Shown piece after piece: positions 62,982 through 64,000 of a stretch of DNA of 64,000 bases (position 1 is the first letter of the stretch; each line of letters starts with the position of its first letter). The stretch is from an uncultured Chloroflexia bacterium. GTDB lineage: Bacteria; Chloroflexota; Anaerolineae; CG2-30-64-16. Below the pieces are notes generated by a model. It saw nothing but the letters and a program-made list of their open reading frames with translations, ran no database searches and had not been told where the DNA came from. The position numbers were made by a program, and so were the translations under genes. The stretch covers positions 192,001 to 256,000 of the forward strand of contig CAWEMM010000012.1 of NCBI GenBank assembly GCA_963810095.1, read 5' to 3'.

Positions 62982-64000
62982 ATGCCGAGACGACACTTAC
63001 GTCTGTTCCTCGTGGTGCTGTGTGCCGCTGGTTTAGCTCTGCTGCTGCAACCGATTTCGCGTCCCGGAACTGTAGGTCGCGTGATCGGTGAGAATTTCAT
63101 CGAGTATTGGACGCGACCAGACTGAATCTGGCCAGAACGAATCCTTACGACCCGGCTGCTATGCTCGGTCTCGAGAAGCAGCTAGGTTGGGAGCGGACGA
63201 AGCCGCGAATGATGTGGAACCCGCCACATCTGCTAGCGCTAATGACGCCGATGGCGCTTATCCGGTACAATGAGGCGCTCCTCGTGTGGCGTGTTTTTGT
63301 CGTGATCGGTTCGATTCTCTGCTGCACAGCGCTTTGGTCGTTCTACTCAGGAACCCGGGAGCAGCGCTGGGTTCCATTCTTTTTAGTTGTCGTCTTCCTA
63401 CCTAGCATCGTGGCCGTAGCCTACGGCCAGGTCGGCGTTCTCATTCTCATCGGCGTCGCTGGCTTCCTGCTCAGCGAAGCGCGCCGCCGTGATACTCTTG
63501 CGGGGGCATTCCTTGCCCTTGTGCTCGTGAAGCCGCAGGTGCTGCCCATTTTGTGGCTGTCGCTGCTACTCTTGGGTCGTGCGCGAGCACCGGTGGCGTG
63601 TGGCCCTCGGGGCGACTGCCGCCACGGGGCTTACCACGCTGGTCGCGACAGTGACTAATCCAGCCCTTCTTGGGCAGTATTTCGTTGCTGCAACCAGCGA
63701 TCCCGTTCGCGAGTGGATTACGCCAACGTTCGGCTCACTCCTGCGCCTATTGATCGGCTGGGGTACCTTCTGGCTTCAGTTTGTGCCAGTCGCGATAGGT
63801 GCTTTGTGCTTCCTGATCTATTGGCGGTCAAAGCGGGCGCAGTGGTCCTGGAAGGAAGACATGCCGTCCGTTATCTTCCTCTCACTGCTCTTTAGTCCCT
63901 ATTCCTGGATCCACGATCAAGTCCTGCTACTCGTTCCAATTATCGCCGTTGTCGCTCGTCGTGCTTCGCGGCAGAACATAGCACTTCTTCTGAGTACATA
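62982..64000 (+). CDS. GT-C fold glycosyltransferase family 87 (DUF2029)-like protein, frameshifted and 3'-truncated
   Basis: F..YW, NPYDP, WNPP, GQ, LVKPQ, W.HD motifs with multiple TM segments. Confidence 0.7.

Noticed and set aside
18355-63900. Numerous frameshifts read as mass pseudogenisation or programmed frameshifting
   Set aside because: They are scattered 1-nt indels, including in otherwise intact core enzymes (lysJ, lysT), with no slippery sites or codon decay. Long-read consensus error is the simpler explanation.

Overview
This 64-kb window is GC-rich bacterial chromosomal DNA. The gene content (LysW-type lysine operon, HisKA_7TM kinase, GH/amidase fusions, SBBP and PxKF surface proteins) suggests Chloroflexota (Anaerolineae/Caldilineae-like); that placement is inference. 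Many genes carry isolated 1-nt indels, most likely long-read consensus errors. Left to right: gdhA, C39 peptidase-TPR, murJ, small housekeeping genes, P450, a Gly/Ser/Thr-rich double PRC-barrel protein, an asparaginase, and a three-gene cluster of GH-A-like/PGRP-like amidases. Next is a near-complete LysW-dependent alpha-aminoadipate lysine operon, preceded by a consensus promoter and two tandem Lys/Arg-rich leader-peptide plus terminator units. Then come a two-component system with downstream secreted proteins, MarR with a heterodimeric ABC exporter, a ~7.5-kb repeat surface-protein gene and an SBBP protein. The right end holds a CpaE-like ATPase probably fused to a membrane/extracellular module, an orphan phage-type Rep plus DnaC-like pair, and a GT87 gene running off the edge. 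Intergenic regions carry several families of small inverted-repeat elements. No tRNA, rRNA, CRISPR array, integrase or transposase was seen. Top leads: the tandem double attenuator, the signal-peptide-less amidase cluster with two Cys->Ser PGRP-like pseudo-amidases, and the stop-codon-associated periodic inverted-repeat family.
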